Positions 63,069 to 64,000 of a stretch of DNA of 64,000 nt are shown here, one piece after another. Origin of the DNA: Halopseudomonas sabulinigri (lineage in GTDB: Bacteria > Pseudomonadota > Gammaproteobacteria > Pseudomonadales > Pseudomonadaceae). Below the pieces are notes generated by a model. It ran no database searches, was not told the DNA's origin, and saw only the letters and a program-made list of their open reading frames with translations. Within the stretch, counting starts at the first letter, position 1, and each line of letters starts with the position of its first letter. Where the stretch lies: the NCBI GenBank assembly GCA_011053055.1, contig DRHT01000014.1, forward strand, positions 40,930-104,929. The letters run 5' to 3'. A program made the position numbers and the translations under genes.

Positions 63069-63605
63069 TCAGCAGCCAGCGCGACGATAGATGTAGCCCA
63101 GCTCAGCGAGAGTCTTACGGACTTGCATTGTGTTCACACCGGGCAGCTTCTTGATGAATGACATGATGGTCAGGTGCTTGCGGTTGCCGACTGCCTTACC
63201 TACCTCAGCGTCAGGCTTCATGGTTTCGTTCTCCAGACGGAGGGCTTCAGCACGTTCCGCTTTATCTGCTGCGAGTCGCAAGGCTTCCACGAAGTTGGTA
63301 GGGACTGATTGGGTGACCAACTGCTCTTCTACTTCCTGCCAGCGGTCGATGACCCTACCGGTGAACTCTGGTGATAGTTGAGCAACGATGACGTAGCTGT
63401 CGCGCTTACCAACGCGGTATTCGACCCCGGTCTTGGTCGCAGTTTTAATTCCCACACTTTGTGGAGATTCGATTACGCCGCGTGCCACCAAGGTTTCTAT
63501 GGTGCGCTTGACGCTGTCGTGGCGCTTGCCCGTTAGCTCGGCCATTTCAAGGCTGCTCATGGTGAGGGTGTTGGTGTTGTTCAGGTTGGTCATTGCGTTA
63601 GTCAT
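63069..63605 (-). CDS. Phage regulatory protein Rha / antirepressor (KilAC) fusion, apparently C-terminally truncated
   Basis: 178 aa with a Rha-like N-part (LTMSSLEMAELTGKRHDSVKRTIETL) and a KilAC-like C-part (FVEALRLAADKAE...MSFIKKLPGVNTMQVRKTLAELGYIYRR). It ends at a TGA inside what looks like the domain. Confidence 0.7.
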   Translation of the reverse strand: MTNAMTNLNNTNTLTMSSLEMAELTGKRHDSVKRTIETLVARGVIESPQSVGIKTATKTGVEYRVGKRDSYVIVAQLSPEFTGRVIDRWQEVEEQLVTQSVPTNFVEALRLAADKAERAEALRLENETMKPDAEVGKAVGNRKHLTIMSFIKKLPGVNTMQVRKTLAELGYIYRRAGC

Positions 63606-63644
63606 GGGGATTCTCTCTAAGTGTTCGATGGGCCGATGGGCCGT

Positions 63645-63995
63645 TTAGAGAGAAGCCATCACCGCTGACTCTTCAGGCTTGGTGATAGTCAGTTCGGCTT
63701 TCTTGTTGAGGATGTCATCGATGACCATGTCGCAGAACACAGCGAACTTAATGTCGAGCCAGCGAGCGAAGAAGACGGCCAGCTTCGGGTGGCCCCAAGT
63801 GCCGCCAGCCCGGCCTTGGAAGCTATTGGTTAGCAGGCTTCGGGCTGCTTGGACTCGCTCAAGACGGTTGCTAAACACATTGGGATTCCAATGAGTATCG
63901 ACCGCAGCCGCCAGCTCTAGGATGTATTCAGTTGTGGATACGTTCGACCAGAAGTTGATTAGCTGCTTACCGAAAGCCTTCGTGGCCTTGGTCAT
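63645..63995 (-). CDS. KilA-N domain protein
   Basis: 116 aa. GTWGHPKLAVFFARWLDIKFAVFCDMVI is typical of the KilA-N DNA-binding domain. Confidence 0.7.
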   Translation of the reverse strand: MTKATKAFGKQLINFWSNVSTTEYILELAAAVDTHWNPNVFSNRLERVQAARSLLTNSFQGRAGGTWGHPKLAVFFARWLDIKFAVFCDMVIDDILNKKAELTITKPEESAVMASL

Positions 63996-64000
63996 GTTGA

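Larger units (their letters stand above)
57634..64000. mobile_element. Integrase-bearing genomic island / cryptic prophage-like element inserted 3' of ffs (left end only; the right border is outside the window)
   Basis: A tyrosine integrase starts 69 nt after ffs. It is followed by phage-type genes (Rha/KilAC, KilA-N, RHH, wHTH) and cargo (RNase HI, DUF4236). Confidence 0.75.

Overview
This is a chromosomal window from a Pseudomonas-like gammaproteobacterium. That assignment is inferred from gene order: apeB-rluA-minEDC-lpxL, argR-like-aruCFG-alaS-lysC-csrA-tRNA(Ser)-tRNA(Arg)-mgtE, and flgZ-flgNM-flgA / cheVR / flgBCDE / flgFGHIJKL. About 85% of the window is ordinary core genome: cell division, lipid A, rapA, part of the arginine succinyltransferase pathway, alaS/lysC/csrA, Na+-pumping oxaloacetate decarboxylase oadGAB, amrZ, a complete flagellar rod/hook/ring cluster with recognisable sigma54 and sigma28 promoters, copA-cueR, nhaP2, tpm and an MCP. 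Three places look accessory. (1) A tRNA-Arg(CCU) with an imperfect acceptor stem is followed by an AT-rich ORF-free stretch and a low-GC stand-alone EAL phosphodiesterase gene, then an ACAD-fold ORF and a small conserved hypothetical. (2) copA, cueR and a LysR gene form a translationally coupled copper module behind a textbook CueR operator. (3) The best candidate for something new is an integrase-bearing island inserted directly 3' of the 4.5S/SRP RNA gene ffs (57.6 kb to the window edge). It carries an intact extra RNase HI, a wHTH/RHH regulatory module with 20-bp direct repeats, a 385-aa DUF4236 protein of unknown function, and an apparently decayed Rha/KilAC antirepressor plus a KilA-N gene. 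The island runs off the right edge, so its extent and nature cannot be settled here. I saw no CRISPR array, rRNA or IS transposase. All functional calls rest on my reading of the translated ORFs and motifs; no database search was run.
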